A stretch of DNA of 64,000 bases from the NCBI RefSeq assembly GCF_009914755.1, contig NC_060940.1. One strand, given 5' to 3'. The translations under genes were made by a program, and so were the position numbers. Positions within the stretch are counted from its first letter, which is position 1. Each line of letters opens with the position of its first letter. This document shows, piece after piece, positions 1 through 14,080 of the stretch. The DNA comes from the human T2T-CHM13v2.0 reference genome, Homo sapiens. Below the pieces are notes generated by a model, which saw only the letters and a list, made by a program, of their open reading frames with translations, was not told the DNA's origin and did no database searches.

Positions 1-44
1 GTTTACTGAGGATGGAGAATGCCTTCTCCTGAAACAACAGAAAC

Positions 45-440
45 TGTTATGCATGACAGATTCCCCTTCAAGGAAGGACTTGTCCAGCTCTGGGAATGCA
101 ATGAGCAGATGGCCTCCAGCTGTCAGCCCCTTTAGGGATTATCTCAGCAGCAGAGAGCTGCCTTGCCTAAGGTCATCCCTCTCCCTAGGTGGCCCACATC
201 CAATGACTAATGTGATGTGGAAATATAAAGATATGATCATCTCGGCCTAACTCAGGACAAATCTGAAGGGTCATTCCAGCTGTGGGCTTAGTCAAAGCTG
301 ATGTTTGGCCTACATTGCAGCTAGAATTTTTCCTCTGCCCACTGCTGCTTTTCAATCACCCCTTCCACTGGTGTTGATCCCACCATGCTCCATATCAAAC
401 TCCACCTCAGAGTTGGCTTTCAAGGAATCCCCCCAGAAGC
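45..440 (+). mobile_element. ERVL solo LTR, LTR16C-like
   Basis: CAGATTCCCCTTCAAGGAAGGACTTG...CCTCCAGCTGTCAGCCCCTTTAGGGATT...GCAGAGAGCTGCCTTGCCTAAGGTCA matches recalled LTR16C consensus. Confidence 0.8.
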
Positions 441-799
441 ACTCATGCCTACCTGTTTGTATGTTGATGGGACCTGGAACTTATCAAATACTTACAGAGA
501 GGGGCAGCATAAAAATAACATCCCTTGGGAGATTTAAATGGTTTCTTCTTTTCCATATGTAAGCCCTGGATCATTTCTCTTTTGGGAACTAGTAATGACA
601 TTTTATACATTTCTGGACTGATTTTATACATTTTATACATCCATGGGGTGTTTTCCAATCAGTTCTTGAAAGCTGAATGTGTGAGCTTTCCCAGGATGCT
701 GACTAAGGAATGATTATCCCAGGATGGTGGATCCTAGCTTATGTGGGGTTCCAATGCTAATTTTTTCATGGTCAACTTTTTTTTTTTTTTGACACTGGA

Positions 800-1244
800 T
801 ATAGTAGGCTGAAAAACAGCCAACCAAAAGTATCAGAATCCAATCCCTGGGACCTGTGCATGTTACCTTAAAAGGAAAAGAGTCTTTGAAAATGTGGTTA
901 AGGGTCTTCACATGCGGATATACTGGTGGACCCTAAACCCAATTACAAGTTTTCTTATGTGACACACACAGAAGAGAAGACGATGCAACTTTGGAGGCAG
1001 AGATTGGAACAATGTGGCCACAACTCAAGGAATGCCAGCAGCTGCCAGAAGCTGGAAGAGGTGAGAAATAAATTCTTCCCCAGAGAGTCTGGGGGAGATG
1101 TGGGCTGGCCAACACCTTGATTTTGGCTCAGGAAAACCGATTTTGGACTTCTGGTCTCCAGAGTTGTGACAGAATGAGCTTTGGCTGGACTCAGGCCACC
1201 ATGTTTGTGATAATTTTTCCCAGCAGCCTCCGGAGACAAATACA
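800..1244 (+). mobile_element. MaLR LTR, MLT1C/D-like
   Basis: GGAGGCAGAGATTGGA...AAGGAATGCCAGCAGCTGCCAGAAGCTGGAAGAGG...TTGGACTTCTGGTCTCCAGA and terminal ...AAATACA typical of MLT1. Confidence 0.85.
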
Positions 1245-1899
1245 CTGGGTTTTACCTGTGCTTTCCACTCTGAGGGGGTCTCTATGCTCCTGACCAATAT
1301 TGAGGACAAGGAGAGCAACGTAATGTATGTAAATATCCTATATAGGAGAAAGAACCCCTCCATTTCCTGGTCCAAGGTCCTTCCAGGAAACTATGCTAAA
1401 GGGAAGAAGATATTGATGTGCATCTTCTTGATTTATTGGTGCATGTTGCGACTCAATTCATGGGGAAAACAACAGATCTGGAGGCTCTGCAGGATGCAAG
1501 CTCATTTAAACTCTTTTATGCATAACCTAAAGGTTTCTCCTTATGACCAAAATTTGACTTCACCAAGACAAAGTGAACTAGACTGTGGGGTTTCTTCATT
1601 TATATGTAGTTTGTCTCATTGTTCTATCATTATCATAAACTGGGGAACTTGTTTGAAGGAAACTGTGAGTAATGTAAGAATGGCTTAGATTTATATAATA
1701 TGAACTTTCTTGGTCAAATCCAACTGTGATCTTGGGATCTTGAGTTCCCTTATTGTGGGTGTCAGAATATAAACATTAGACATTTCCCACTTTCTTATGT
1801 CTAGTTTTAACCCCAAGATTTTGGTGGTCTGTACTGTTTTCCCTCCATTTACTAACTCAACTGATTTTATTTCTATTAGTCTTCATACTGTTCTTTACT

Positions 1900-2770
1900 C
1901 TGATACAATAGATTCTCCATGGATCAATACTGTCAACCCAACACTTTTCATCAAAGACAGTAAAAGTTTTCTTAACAAATCCACAGATGATACAGAGCTG
2001 TAAGGCAGAGCTTTCCAATTCAAGTATGGGGTGACAGAGTCAAGATTTATAAAGATTTATCAAGGTTTGGAAATATATATCCAAACCAGCATATTGAAAC
2101 AAACAGAAATATAGAATCATATGTTCATTTCAAAATAATCAATTTTACATGTACAGGAAGGATGAGACTTTTCATCTTCCAAATCGAAGCCATTTACATG
2201 AGAAAGACCTGGAGGACTGAGTTGACATAGGTTCCATATGAGCCAACTGTGTGACGAGTCTGATAGAAAGTCTGATACACAGCCATAGGCGGCATTAGTA
2301 GGAGTATGGTGACTAGATTAAGGGAGGCCATTGTATGTGTTCTGGACTGGCCATGTTGTATATGTGTTCTCTTCTTGTGTAGGATGGGTAGATTATTAAG
2401 GGGAGAGTCCAAAGGAAGAAGACCATAAAGGGCTTGAAACATGAAGAACAGCTAAGGAAACTGGGATAGTTGTCCTGGAAGATAACAGACCAAGGGCAGA
2501 AAAATCACTGTCTTCAAATTCCTGCAGGATCATTGTGTGGATGAAATACAGCTCAGGGCAGCCCCAGGACCATAGCTGGGCAGATCTCCGCTCACATGAA
2601 CAAGCAAACTCAGAGCTGTCCAACAAAAGGAGTGTCTGAGCTACCTAGAGTTTCTATCTTTGTGCGGAAGGAGGATGAACATCTGTCAGGAATGCTCTGG
2701 AAAAACATCCTGCATTTGGAAGGAAATTGGACCACATGAGCTCTTTCTGACTCTGACAGTCCTTAGTTCT
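1900..2770 (+). mobile_element. L3/CR1 LINE relic (RT region to 3' end)
   Basis: AACAAATCCACAGATGATACAGAGCTG (KFADDTKL-like), GAAAGACCTGGAGG...ATATGAGCCAACTGTGTGA, GAACAGCTAAGGAAACTGGG are collinear with the CR1/L3 consensus. Confidence 0.75.
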
Positions 2771-2786
2771 TTGAAGTCCATCCAGT

Positions 2787-2945
2787 CCTCACATGAATTG
2801 TGTGAGGTAGGCATTATGGTGATATGATTTCTCTTCCAAAGAAGAGGGCTGAAATGACTTGTCTTACAGTTGCAGAGGGATGGCTGAGCCAGGAACAATA
2901 CTTGGGCTCCCTCACTCCCCACCCAGGGATCTTTCCACAATACTC
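2787..2945 (-). mobile_element. MIR SINE fragment
   Basis: Degenerate reverse MIR core (TGTGAGGTAGGCATTAT...GAAATGACTTGTC). Confidence 0.55.
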
Positions 2946-3417
2946 ATGCTTGCTTGAGATGAACCATATGGAAACCCATGGAAAGGAAAATTGGTTTTTA
3001 GTTTATGCCTGCTGTGAAAGTGTTGGCCAAGAATGAGGAGTTTCTACTGGGCTGGACCCAGTAGAGAAGGTCCCAAGGATCATCTGGGAAGGAAGCTGCC
3101 ACTCCACTCATTGGCTTTCTGAAATCAGGTTTGCCCTGCTGCTATCTTCCTCTGTTTTCCTAGCCATCCACACCTGCATGAACGGTGAAAACAGTGATCT
3201 ATTTCTTTCATCCCTCTGAAGGATGGAACACCTGAGGGGTCAGACCAAATTGATCAGGCCTTTACTGTTTGCCCAAATCAAGTGGCATTTCCCATCCTTC
3301 TTTACGGTGAGGCAGCAGATCTAACTCAAATGCATTTTATTTGCAACCTTTTGGCTCCTGGTAAGAATCATCCCCTGCCTGGCTGCAGAAATCTCAGTGA
3401 ACATGAAAGATAGATAC

Positions 3418-4403
3418 GAGACAGTTTTACACTGCTGGTGGAAATGTAAATTAGTACAACCAGTAGGAAAAACAGTATGGAGATTCCTTAAAGAACTAAA
3501 AGTAGAACTACCATTTGATCCAGCAATCCCACTACTGGGTATCTATCCAAAGGAAAATAAGTCATTGTATGAAAAAAACACATGCACACGCATGTTTATA
3601 GCAGCATAATTTGCAATTGCAAAGATATAGAACTGACCTAAGTACCCCCCAACCAATGAATGGATAAAGGAAATGTGGTATATGTACACAATGAAATGCT
3701 ACTCAGCCATAAAATGAATGAAATAATGTCTTTTGCAACAACTTGAATGGAGCCGGCGGCCATTATTCTAAGTGAAGTAACTCAGGAATGAAAAACCAAA
3801 TACTGTATGTTCTCACTTATAAGTGGGAGCTAAGCTATGAGGATGCAAAGGCATATGAATGATATAATGGATTTTGGGGAGTCGGGGTGGGGAAGCTGAG
3901 AGGAGGCTGAGGGATAAAAGACTACATATTGGGTACAGTGTATACTGCTCTGGTGATGAGTGCACTCAAATCCCAGAAATCATCACTAAATAATTTATCC
4001 AGCCAGGCGAGGTGGCTCATGCCTGTAATCTCAGCACTTTGGGAGGCAGAGGTAGGTGGATTGCTTGAGCTCAGAAGTTCGAGACCAGCCCGGGCAAATG
4101 GAAAAATCCCATCTCTACAAAAAATACAAAAATTAGCCGGGCATGGTGGTGCATGCCTGTAGTCCCAGCTACTTGGGAGACTGAGGTGGGAGGATCCTTG
4201 AGCCCAGGAGGTGGAGGTTGCAGGGATCCGAGATCACACCTCTTGTACTCCAGTCTGGGTGACAGAGCAAGACTCTGCCTCAAAAAAAAAAAAAAAAGAA
4301 AAAAAAAAGAAAAAAGAAAAAAAGAAAAAAGAACATATCCATTTACCCAAAAACCACCTGTACTCCAAACATTATTGAAATTAAAAAATATATTTTTAAA
4401 AAA
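3418..4403 (+). mobile_element. L1PB-type 3' fragment, interrupted by an Alu
   Basis: ORF2 C-terminal remnant ([17 protein letters not shown]), L1PB 3'UTR GGGAGCTAAGCTATGAGGATGCAAAGGCAT; resumes after the Alu at about 4331. Confidence 0.9.
4002..4330 (+). mobile_element. AluJb-like, full length, inserted in L1PB
   Basis: Dimeric Alu with TTGCTTGAGCTCAG and TTGAGCCCAGGAGG (J-type), long A tail, decayed TSD AAATAATTTATCC / AAAGAACATATCC. Confidence 0.95.
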
Positions 4404-5884
4404 GACAGGGAGATTGTTAGGAGGTGTTGGCGCTGGCTGCCTGGCATAGGTTGGGTTGGTGGGGGCAAAAAGGAAGAGGTGAATTGGAGAAATATTAAAG
4501 ACTTATTGCATAGCTGGTCCCAGATAGTCTCTCAGTGACTGGAAGGACTGAGAAGTTAAGATTGCCCAAAGGAAGGATGTTGATCCCCTTTGGGCCATCC
4601 AGTGGTGGCTGTGTCCCTGACTCATATCTCTGCCTCTATGTGCCTTCAGTTTCTCTTGCAGGAATGGGCATTCTTCATGGGAAAGGCCATTTGTGACATT
4701 CTTCTGCCCAAGAACCAGCTGGCTAAGAGTTACCCTTCCTGTTGAGTGCATGCTCTTTAATCCCAGGTCTGGACAGCTCCTGCTCCCTGCAAAATGCAGA
4801 GATTGTGAGTACCCATCCAAGAGCTCCTCAGCATCCCTTTCCCTTTCATCCTCCTGTTTTTTTCCAAGCAAATATTTTGCATTTGACTTGTAGCCCAGGC
4901 AGAACCCATCCACCTCTTCCATAAGACGACTAAGGGTTGTCACCAGGTTGCAAATGAGCAGCTTCAATTGCTCAGGAAAAGATATTACAATTTTATCTCC
5001 TTGTACTGTTCAATAAAACATTAGTATCTCAGCATTTTTATTTAGCAATAGGCAACCTTAGGCCAGTAATTATGCAACAATTATAATCATAAAAACTGTC
5101 CCCTGCTGCTCACCTAGAAACACTAATATATTAAATCAAGACTAACCATCTAAAAGGCAAGCAGCAAAGCCCCCTCATTTTTAATGTCCCTGCAGTGCAC
5201 CATGGGAAGCTAATAATTCACCCTCTAATTAGTATCCCTTCTGCTGCTGTTGGCACAAGGACAGACAAAGAGGGAGCGGCTTCGTTACAAACTCGCCTTG
5301 GTAATCTTTTAACGTCGGGATGCTCTGCAGGTTGGCTGAGTGGAGCGGGGCAAAACGGGGTGTGCAACTGGGGACAGACAGAAGCTCACCTTGTCCTGAC
5401 TGGGCACTCTTGCCTCAGTGAGCTCTGAGCAGGCACCTGCTGGCTTATCTCAAAGCCCCTGTCTCTTGCAAGTCACTCCATATTTCTTCTTGGTCATCCT
5501 TCATTAAGCCTGGTTATTGGAAGGGATGGGAGTGGCAGTAATTGTAGAAAGGGCAGAACATGAAAAAGTAACAGCTCCTGTGAATGCTGCAAAGTGCCAA
5601 AGCCTCTCCAAGTTGGAGTTGTTGACGGCAATGGCTGGCTCAAGTGGCCTGCGAGGGAGGCCGGTGGGCAGTGATGGATGGACTCCAAGGATGGCTTTCC
5701 AGAGAGCAGGGCATGGACATCTTATCACCTCCAGAGTGAACATCCTGGTGATTTACTTCACCACCACTCATTCTCTGGTACCATCCCAGAGGGTCCTGTA
5801 TGCTGCCCTCAAGAGGGCTCGTGTGATCAGGTAGGGCCTCTTCTTAAGGACCACAGAGTCCATCTTGGCTGACTCTGTCATTGT

Positions 5885-6595
<711 letters not shown>

Positions 6596-7869
6596 TCAGG
6601 GCCCGCATCTGTAGACACACAGCCAGATGACATGGGTTTTCCTGTGCTGAGCTCTAAATCCAATTTGAACAGTAATTGGCCTTCCTCTTGCCTGGCCTGT
6701 GTGGCCAGTCAGCCCTCACTGGACAGTTGAAACCAGGTTGGGAAGGATTCATGAAACAGCTGGGCACAATTAGGCAGCCAGGATCAAGCCTAGGTTTAAA
6801 AAGATAGGGCATTTTTCTCTCCATCACCAGCTCATTAAGCTTCCCACTTTGACAGCTGAAGCATTCCCAAGGCTGGCCACAGCCAGATTTTTTTTTTCTC
6901 CAGAGTCAACTGAGAGCACCTAAGATTTGGTAATGAGATTCTTTGTGACCTGAGATGGGAGGTCACCAGAAGGCTGAGTCATGACCTCCTGGGGTACTTG
7001 GACGGATTCTCTTAGACCTCCTCCCTCCATCCAAAGAAGTGGTCTGGACAGAGATTATAGACAGAGGAGAATTGAATTGGGAGGTCAGAAATTTTTTGCT
7101 TAAAAAACAGGGAAAGCTCCTAGGATTGTATTGGAGCAGCAGCTGCTGCCAGGGTCTTTTTGTTGTGAGCCTTTGCCACATCAGCTTCTGGCTGCTGTTC
7201 CAACTTCTACCAACAGGAGTGTCTGCGTTATCACCCGGGGTGGGAAAAGTCTAGAATAGGACCAGGAGAAATGTCAGTGAGTTAGATCAAGGTTGAGGAG
7301 AATTCAAAAGGTCCTTTCTTGAGCCCCAGCAGACCAGAGCTTTGGAATGTATTCAATGCTCTGGAATATCTTTATCTCAGCTGCAAGGGAATCACTCGTT
7401 TTCTTTTCCTGGGGACTCCCTAGCAAAAGGAGAATGGCTTTTATTTGACCCCTTTGTTGTTCTCCAGTAGCAAAAATGAAGCTAGCATTTGAGCTCCTCT
7501 CATGGTCTGGGGAGGAGTCTGTGCCTTCAGCACAGTGGAAGTAGCCCGGGCGGCTGCTGTAGTAACTGGGTGTTAAGAAAGCTGCCTGGGTGCTCTGTGG
7601 CCTATCTTTGGCAGGAAAATGAAGTGCTCTGTTCTTGGGGAATGGGCTGTTTTGTTTTGTGTTTTTTTTTTGTAGTTGTTTTTTAAGATTAAATTTAAAA
7701 AATTTACCATAGGTTTTGATTCAGGAGAACAGTAGCTATGGGTAACAAAGAAAATGTCTATCACAATCTTGAGTTCTTGTTTCAAATACCTGCTATCCAG
7801 GAGAATGAAGGGGAACTCCAAAGTAATATTTATTTACTCTGTTATTAGGGTGTCAGTTACATTTTCTCA

Positions 7870-8030
7870 CTGAGCACTGAATGTAGATATTATCCCCATT
7901 TGCAGATGAGGCAACTCAGGCCCAGAGAGGTTAAGTAACTTGACTCGGGTCACACAGCTGACAAGGGCTAAAGTCAAGTTTCCAGTGTATGTACAGAAGA
8001 CTCTAACCCAGGCCCTCACACCATCCTGGG
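7870..8030 (-). mobile_element. MIR SINE
   Basis: TATCCCCATTTGCAGATGAGGCAACTCAGGCCCAGAGAGGTTAAGTAACTTG is the reverse MIR core. Confidence 0.85.
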
Positions 8031-8059
8031 CTGTCTTCCTGCTTTTCAGCCTGAAGTTT

Positions 8060-8219
8060 GGTGGTTTTCAACTCAGAGCACGTTTCTGAATTGGATTCCC
8101 TTCCCTCATCCTCAAGTTATTGGGTCATAATAAAAATATACTGGGACCCAGGTATTTATTTATTTTTTTGTAAGTCCTCACAGGTGCTCTGGCACATACC
8201 TCCAAATGAGCACCACTGG
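8060..8219. mobile_element. MER5-type MITE, degenerate
   Basis: GTGGTTTTCAAC...GAGCACCACTG termini, internal CAGGTGCTCTG. Confidence 0.5.
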
Positions 8220-8430
8220 TTTATAGTAGAAGGACACAAGGTCTGGAATCTGGAGACCTGAGTTTGAGTCCTGCCTTGTATCCCTTCTCACCTCTCAGCC
8301 TCAGTTTGTCATTCTATATCAAGTTCAAAGAATGCATTACCATGAAGGTTGTCTGAAGAATCAAACGAGACTCCATACATGTAGGTACTTTGTAAACTCT
8401 GGAGTTGCTGTGCAAATGTTAGTCATTATT
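8220..8430 (+). mobile_element. MIR SINE
   Basis: GGAGACCTGAGTTTGAGTCC...CTCAGCCTCAGTTT...TTTGTAAAC...AAATGTTAGTCATTATT. Confidence 0.75.
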
Positions 8431-8883
8431 CTTGTACACACTAAGACTCAGGCCCAGTCTTTCCCTCCAGAATTACACGAGTTCAGGGTCACACTGGAAC
8501 TGTTCATCAAAAACCCTTATTTGCAAATCTGACAACCCAGATTCTTCTTCCTGCACAGTTGTTTGTTGATGATTAAATTATTGTAAATTAGTTCTACTTG
8601 TAGTATAATAAATGTCATTAGCATGACTAATCACACACCTGATTATACAACCGAATCCTCCTCCCCCAATGTATTTTCTGCATGCTACATCCAATAAATT
8701 GTGTAAATGTAGAGCTCTTGTTAGGGCTGATGAATGGGATGTGGGGATGTCAGCTGGCCATGCTCTCTGATTCCTTCCATGATTAGAAAGATCTTTCAAG
8801 AGTGGCCGTGCATCACGGGAAAGATCCTTAGGTACCACATTTGCCCTTGTTTATTTGGCTTAGCATCCAGGCATTACTATCAC

Positions 8884-8908
8884 TGTTGTTGTTGTTGTTG
8901 TTGTTGTT
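8884..8908. repeat. (TTG)n microsatellite
   Basis: About 8 TGT units. Confidence 0.95.
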
Positions 8909-8909
8909 C

Positions 8910-9160
8910 AGTTATGACTACTGCTAGCACCTTTTTTTTTGAACTCACTATGAATCAGGTGAGCCCCTTTATGCTCATTATTTTATTCATTGATGCATAA
9001 TTTTGTTTATTCCTTAAAGAAATCTTAAGAATGCTGAGGGTCAGAGAAGTTAAGTAACTTGCCCACATCATCCTCTTAGGAAGTGGTAGAGTTGGGGTTT
9101 GTGCTCATGTCTGTGTGGTTTGAAGTTTGATGCTCACACTGCCTCCCACGTGGGGAAAAA
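8910..9160 (-). mobile_element. MIR SINE
   Basis: CTGAGGGTCAGAGAAGTTAAGTAACTTGCCC...GAAGTGGTAGAGTTGGGGTTTG. Confidence 0.75.
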
Positions 9161-9399
9161 AATTAGCTAGAAGTGCTCCTGCTGGTAGATTTGGACAACA
9201 GAAGGGCTTGAGGAGAGGTGGAGATGAGTAAACCCAAGTTTTGGGGAGCTGGAAAATGTCTTCTCCCTGGCCACCTGGCTCACTGGTTGTTAGGGAGGTG
9301 GAGTAGCTAGTGACGTGGTGATGCTGTTGGCAGTGGCCATGGCCACAGCAGGTGGTGGTGATAAGAAAAGGCAGTTTCATGCTGCAGAAAAGAGGACAA

Positions 9400-9590
9400 G
9401 AGCTTAATGAGAAGACCTATGTTCTGGTCCCAACTCTCTCTCTTACTTTCTGCTTGCCCCTATGCTTATCACCTAACCTGTCTGGACCTCAGTTTTCTCA
9501 TCACAGGGCTCTTTTGAGGATCAAATGAAATTAAGGTTGTGAAAGCAATTTGTAAGCTGTGAAGTGATTTCCATATGCAAAGAACTATTT
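9400..9590 (+). mobile_element. MIR SINE (MIRc-like)
   Basis: ACCTAACCTGTCTGGACCTCAGTTTTCTCATC...GAGGATCAAATGAAAT...GAAAGCAATTTGTAAGCTGT. Confidence 0.75.
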
Positions 9591-9934
9591 TTAACCTTCT
9601 CTGGTAAATGAGGGTATCTGGAAGTTGTAAGTCTTAAGATCTGAAGACTTGAGTCTGCAAGTTGAGATCCATCTTTCAGCTAAGCAAGTGGGTGGGTGGA
9701 GGGTGGCCAGCAGGATGGTTCAAGTTGATGCCAATGCTAGAGAGGACCCTCACCACAAAGGCCCTTCCTATGACCTTGATCATATGAATGTTCTGTGCTT
9801 TACAGAGAAGAGGGATTCTTGAGAGAACATTTCTGTAAAGATAGTAAAAATGAACCCCCTAAATTTGCATGTCCTGTAGTTAGAGTTGTTTTTTTGCTTA
9901 GTACTACAGCATCTAGTTCTAAAGAGACAACTCA

Positions 9935-10287
<353 letters not shown>

Positions 10288-10579
10288 TCAATCTGGCAGC
10301 TGTAGGGGGCAAGCCACACTGGGTGAAAAGCTGTCCAGTGCCTATACACTGTCCACCACCCAGGACAGGAACACAGGTACGTGCCCCAGGCATTGTGTTC
10401 TTGTCCTTGTTTTCACAATGAAAGGAAACTGTTAGTTTTGGGCTGAAGGGCAGAGGGCAGCAAATAACAAGCTGTCCATGGTAGCCACAGGTCTTCATTG
10501 TTTGACTTAGTCTGGCAGGATTAACCCCCTAAACAGGAACATGAGAAACTCTCAGTGCTGGAAGTTTCCTCAGAGTGGA

Positions 10580-10795
10580 TCTTCACTGGTTATGACCACT
10601 GTGGGGTGTGTGTGCTGCTCCACCACCTCACCCTCTTCCCCTTTCTTCCCTGCCCTTCCTCATGACATACATCACTAATTGATAATAGCATTCTTTTCTG
10701 TTTTGCCTCAGAACCTTTCAGCTATTCCCAATAAATATCTATCTGCAGTAAACTGGAGTTGGCATGCTTAAAGAAACCCACTTGCCTCTGCTGTG
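10580..10795. mobile_element. Ancient hAT-type DNA transposon fragment (family uncertain)
   Basis: CATCACTAATTGAT...GCCTCAGAACC...GAGTTGGCA...GAAACCCACTTGCC resembles recalled old hAT MITE consensus. Confidence 0.4.
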
Positions 10796-11035
10796 GATCA
10801 AACCACTCATTTTTAAGAAAAAGGCCTCAAATCTCAGAGATGGAAGATTTGTTTAAGATTACTAGTAGAATTAGAACCAGAAGAACTCCTGACTTCATTT
10901 TACGTTCTCATAACTTGAGTCTCTTTTAAACTTGTGTCAGTTCATATCACTGAATCCAGAGTCATCTACCTATTAATAATTATTTAATAGGCCCCTTACG
11001 TGGCTACCTATGTTGTGGAAAAGGAAACATGAGAA

Positions 11036-11795
<760 letters not shown>

Positions 11796-11800
11796 GAAAG

Positions 11801-12465
11801 TATATTAGTCATCTACTGCTCCATAGCAAACCACTCCCCAAACATTTAAAAACCATAACCATTTATTATCTCTCACAAGTCTGTGGGTTGAGGGGCAGTT
11901 CTGCTGCTCTGGGCTCAGCTGGGCTGCTCTAAGCTGGACTTATTTATGTGTCTGTGGTCAGTTGGGGGGTCAGGTGGGAGGTGGCTCAGCTGGGACAATG
12001 TGTCTCTCCTCCACAAGCCCTCTTATCCTGCAGCAGGCTAGCTCAGGCAATGGAAGTCACCAAGAATAAAAGTGGAAGCATGCATTGCATGTGGAGGCCA
12101 AGGCTCGGAACTGGCACGATGTCACTTCTGCCATGGTCTGTTGTCCAAAGCAAGTCACGAGCAGGACTGGGATTAGGCTGAGGGAAGCAAGACACCTAGG
12201 GCACACATGTTAAGGAGGCACTCTCTTTCGGATGTTGACCTTGTGTGACCCTGCATGTGAGCAGCAAGCACCTCCTTAAAATTTTGAGCCCCAGGAGTCT
12301 TGATTGCCTCATCCTGGACCCAACCCTAGTTAAAAGTCCAGCCCAGATTTCAGGGATGAAGAAGCAGACCTCACTTCTTAATGGGAAGAACCATGAAGTC
12401 ACATAGCTAAAGTTATCAGTACTAGGACGAGAAGAAGCAAGGCCCACAATGCAATCAACGAACAG
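11801..12465 (-). mobile_element. MaLR LTR, MLT1H/G-like, interrupted by MER96
   Basis: CCATTTATTATCTCTCACAAGTCTGTGGGTTG...GGAACTGGCAC...CAAAGCAAGTCAC | CCAGCCCAGATTTCAGGG. Confidence 0.8.
12162..12328. mobile_element. MER96-like palindromic hAT MITE
   Basis: Inverted arms TTAAGGAGG (12210) / CCTCCTTAA (12271), CAGGACTGGGATTAGG...CCTGGACCCAACCCTA termini. Confidence 0.75.
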
Positions 12466-13369
12466 AAGGGCGTTGCAAAGCCTCGGTAATCACAGCAGAT
12501 CTACAGCTGCCCAGTGGAGTTCATCTGAAGTTCACATTCTTTAACATTGTGATTTTCTCCTGTCTTCTGGATAGCTAGGCATTTCAAAGAGGTCTTTGTT
12601 CCATCTCCATTTTCTCATTCCTAAACACTTTCCCCAGTGCTGCACTAGTTCAAGTTTACTGCAACACTGCCAGGCCCTTGGCACACCTGGGTGTGGTCTG
12701 ACACACTCTCAAATAAAGTCAAGGGCAATGGGGTCAATGTTGGGGCCAAGAATACAAAACACAGTCTTGGATTTTAGGTCTCTGAAATAATAGGCATAAT
12801 TACCAATTACTTTAACATTGATTGGCATGACACTTTTGCACAAAGTCAAAGATTATTTTTATAGTATGTGTGACCTCGATGTGTTTGCTAAATCTAGGCT
12901 ATATGCTTTCTCCAGTAGGATTCTAGGAATATAAAGAATTTATGGGTTTTCAATTGAGGGGATTTTCAAAGGAGACAGGTATCTGAATGCATGTTTATAT
13001 CTGGACCTAAAAATGTGAACCCTTTGGGGCCAGAGGTATTGTCAATAGAATCAGCATTTGGCTTCATGGCTATGGCAGGCAGAAGCTGTTTTCTATGTGA
13101 GGGTAGAAATCCAGCCACCAGATGCATTGCTGTCATAGCTGGATCTAAGGTAACTCTTAAGTGAAGAGCATCAGGCTGCATCAGTGGAGTGAAATTGACC
13201 AAACCACTTGCTCAAGTAATGGCATCAGCCTATGGTGAATGTCCAGGATCTGGGTCCTGCATCCAACTTTGATGCACTTGTCAAGAAGGCCTGGACTTGG
13301 CCCTTAAGTTTGCTATCTTTCTCTGCCACCCCACTGTCTGACTTCTAAGGCCTGATAAAAAGCCTGTCC

Positions 13370-13650
13370 AAAACGGAGCTCTGATGGTGTCACTTTCAAT
13401 GGCTCTCCACTGCCCCTGTGCACCTGGCCCTGGTCCTTCTCTCCGGTCACATTTCTCTATGCTTCCTTTGTATAGAACATGCTGCAGCCACACTGAACTT
13501 GCCCATTCCTTCCCTCCACGATGCCTCTACTTGGTCTGTTTCCTCTTGCTGTGACTTCCCTCTCTACCTCTTTAAGTCCAGCTTCTATCAATGTGTTAAG
13601 GCATTGATTAGTTTCTATCTCCTCCATGAGGTCTTCCTTCATCTCTTTAT
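13370..13650 (+). mobile_element. L2 LINE fragment
   Basis: CTGATGGTGTCACTTTCAATGGCTCTCCACTGCC...CAGCCACACTGAAC...TCTCCTCCATGAGGTCTTCC. Confidence 0.65.
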
Positions 13651-13674
13651 AGAAAGCCTCTGGATTCCATGACA

Positions 13675-13930
13675 CTTTGGGAGGTATTAAGAGTGTGGTT
13701 AAGGGTGAAGCCCTAGGAAGGACATGACTTAGGATCAGACACCAGTTTCATTACTGACTGGCTATATCGCCCTGGACAATATACTTAACTCCTCTGTGCC
13801 TTCGCTGGCTGTCAAATGGATTATAATAATATAATTACTTTGTAGGCTGTGGCGAAGGTTGAATATTTAGTTACACATTAATATCCAAGAAGGCCTGGTA
13901 CATGCTAAGTGTCAACTTTTATTATTGTTA
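13675..13930 (+). mobile_element. MIR SINE, near full length
   Basis: GTGTGGTTAAG...ACTTAACTCCTCTGTGCCT...GCCTGGTACATGCTAAGTG. Confidence 0.75.
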
Positions 13931-13944
13931 TTTTAAAGTATCCA

Positions 13945-14080
13945 AAAAATGGTTATTGAGCATCTATATGCTACATGTGCCCAGTCTATATGTGTCCAGT
14001 GCTATACAAGGCATTGGAGATATAGCAGTGAATAATGGAAGCCACTCTGCTTTGTAGAGCTTATAGTTTAACAGGTAACA
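13945..14080 (-). mobile_element. L2 3' fragment
   Basis: TTATTGAGCATCTA...GGCATTGGAGATATAGCAGTGAA...GAGCTTATAGTTTA. Confidence 0.65.

Noticed and set aside
1284-1690. 134-aa ORF / possible L4 fragment
   Set aside because: No protein similarity, and the L4 resemblance is too weak to call by eye
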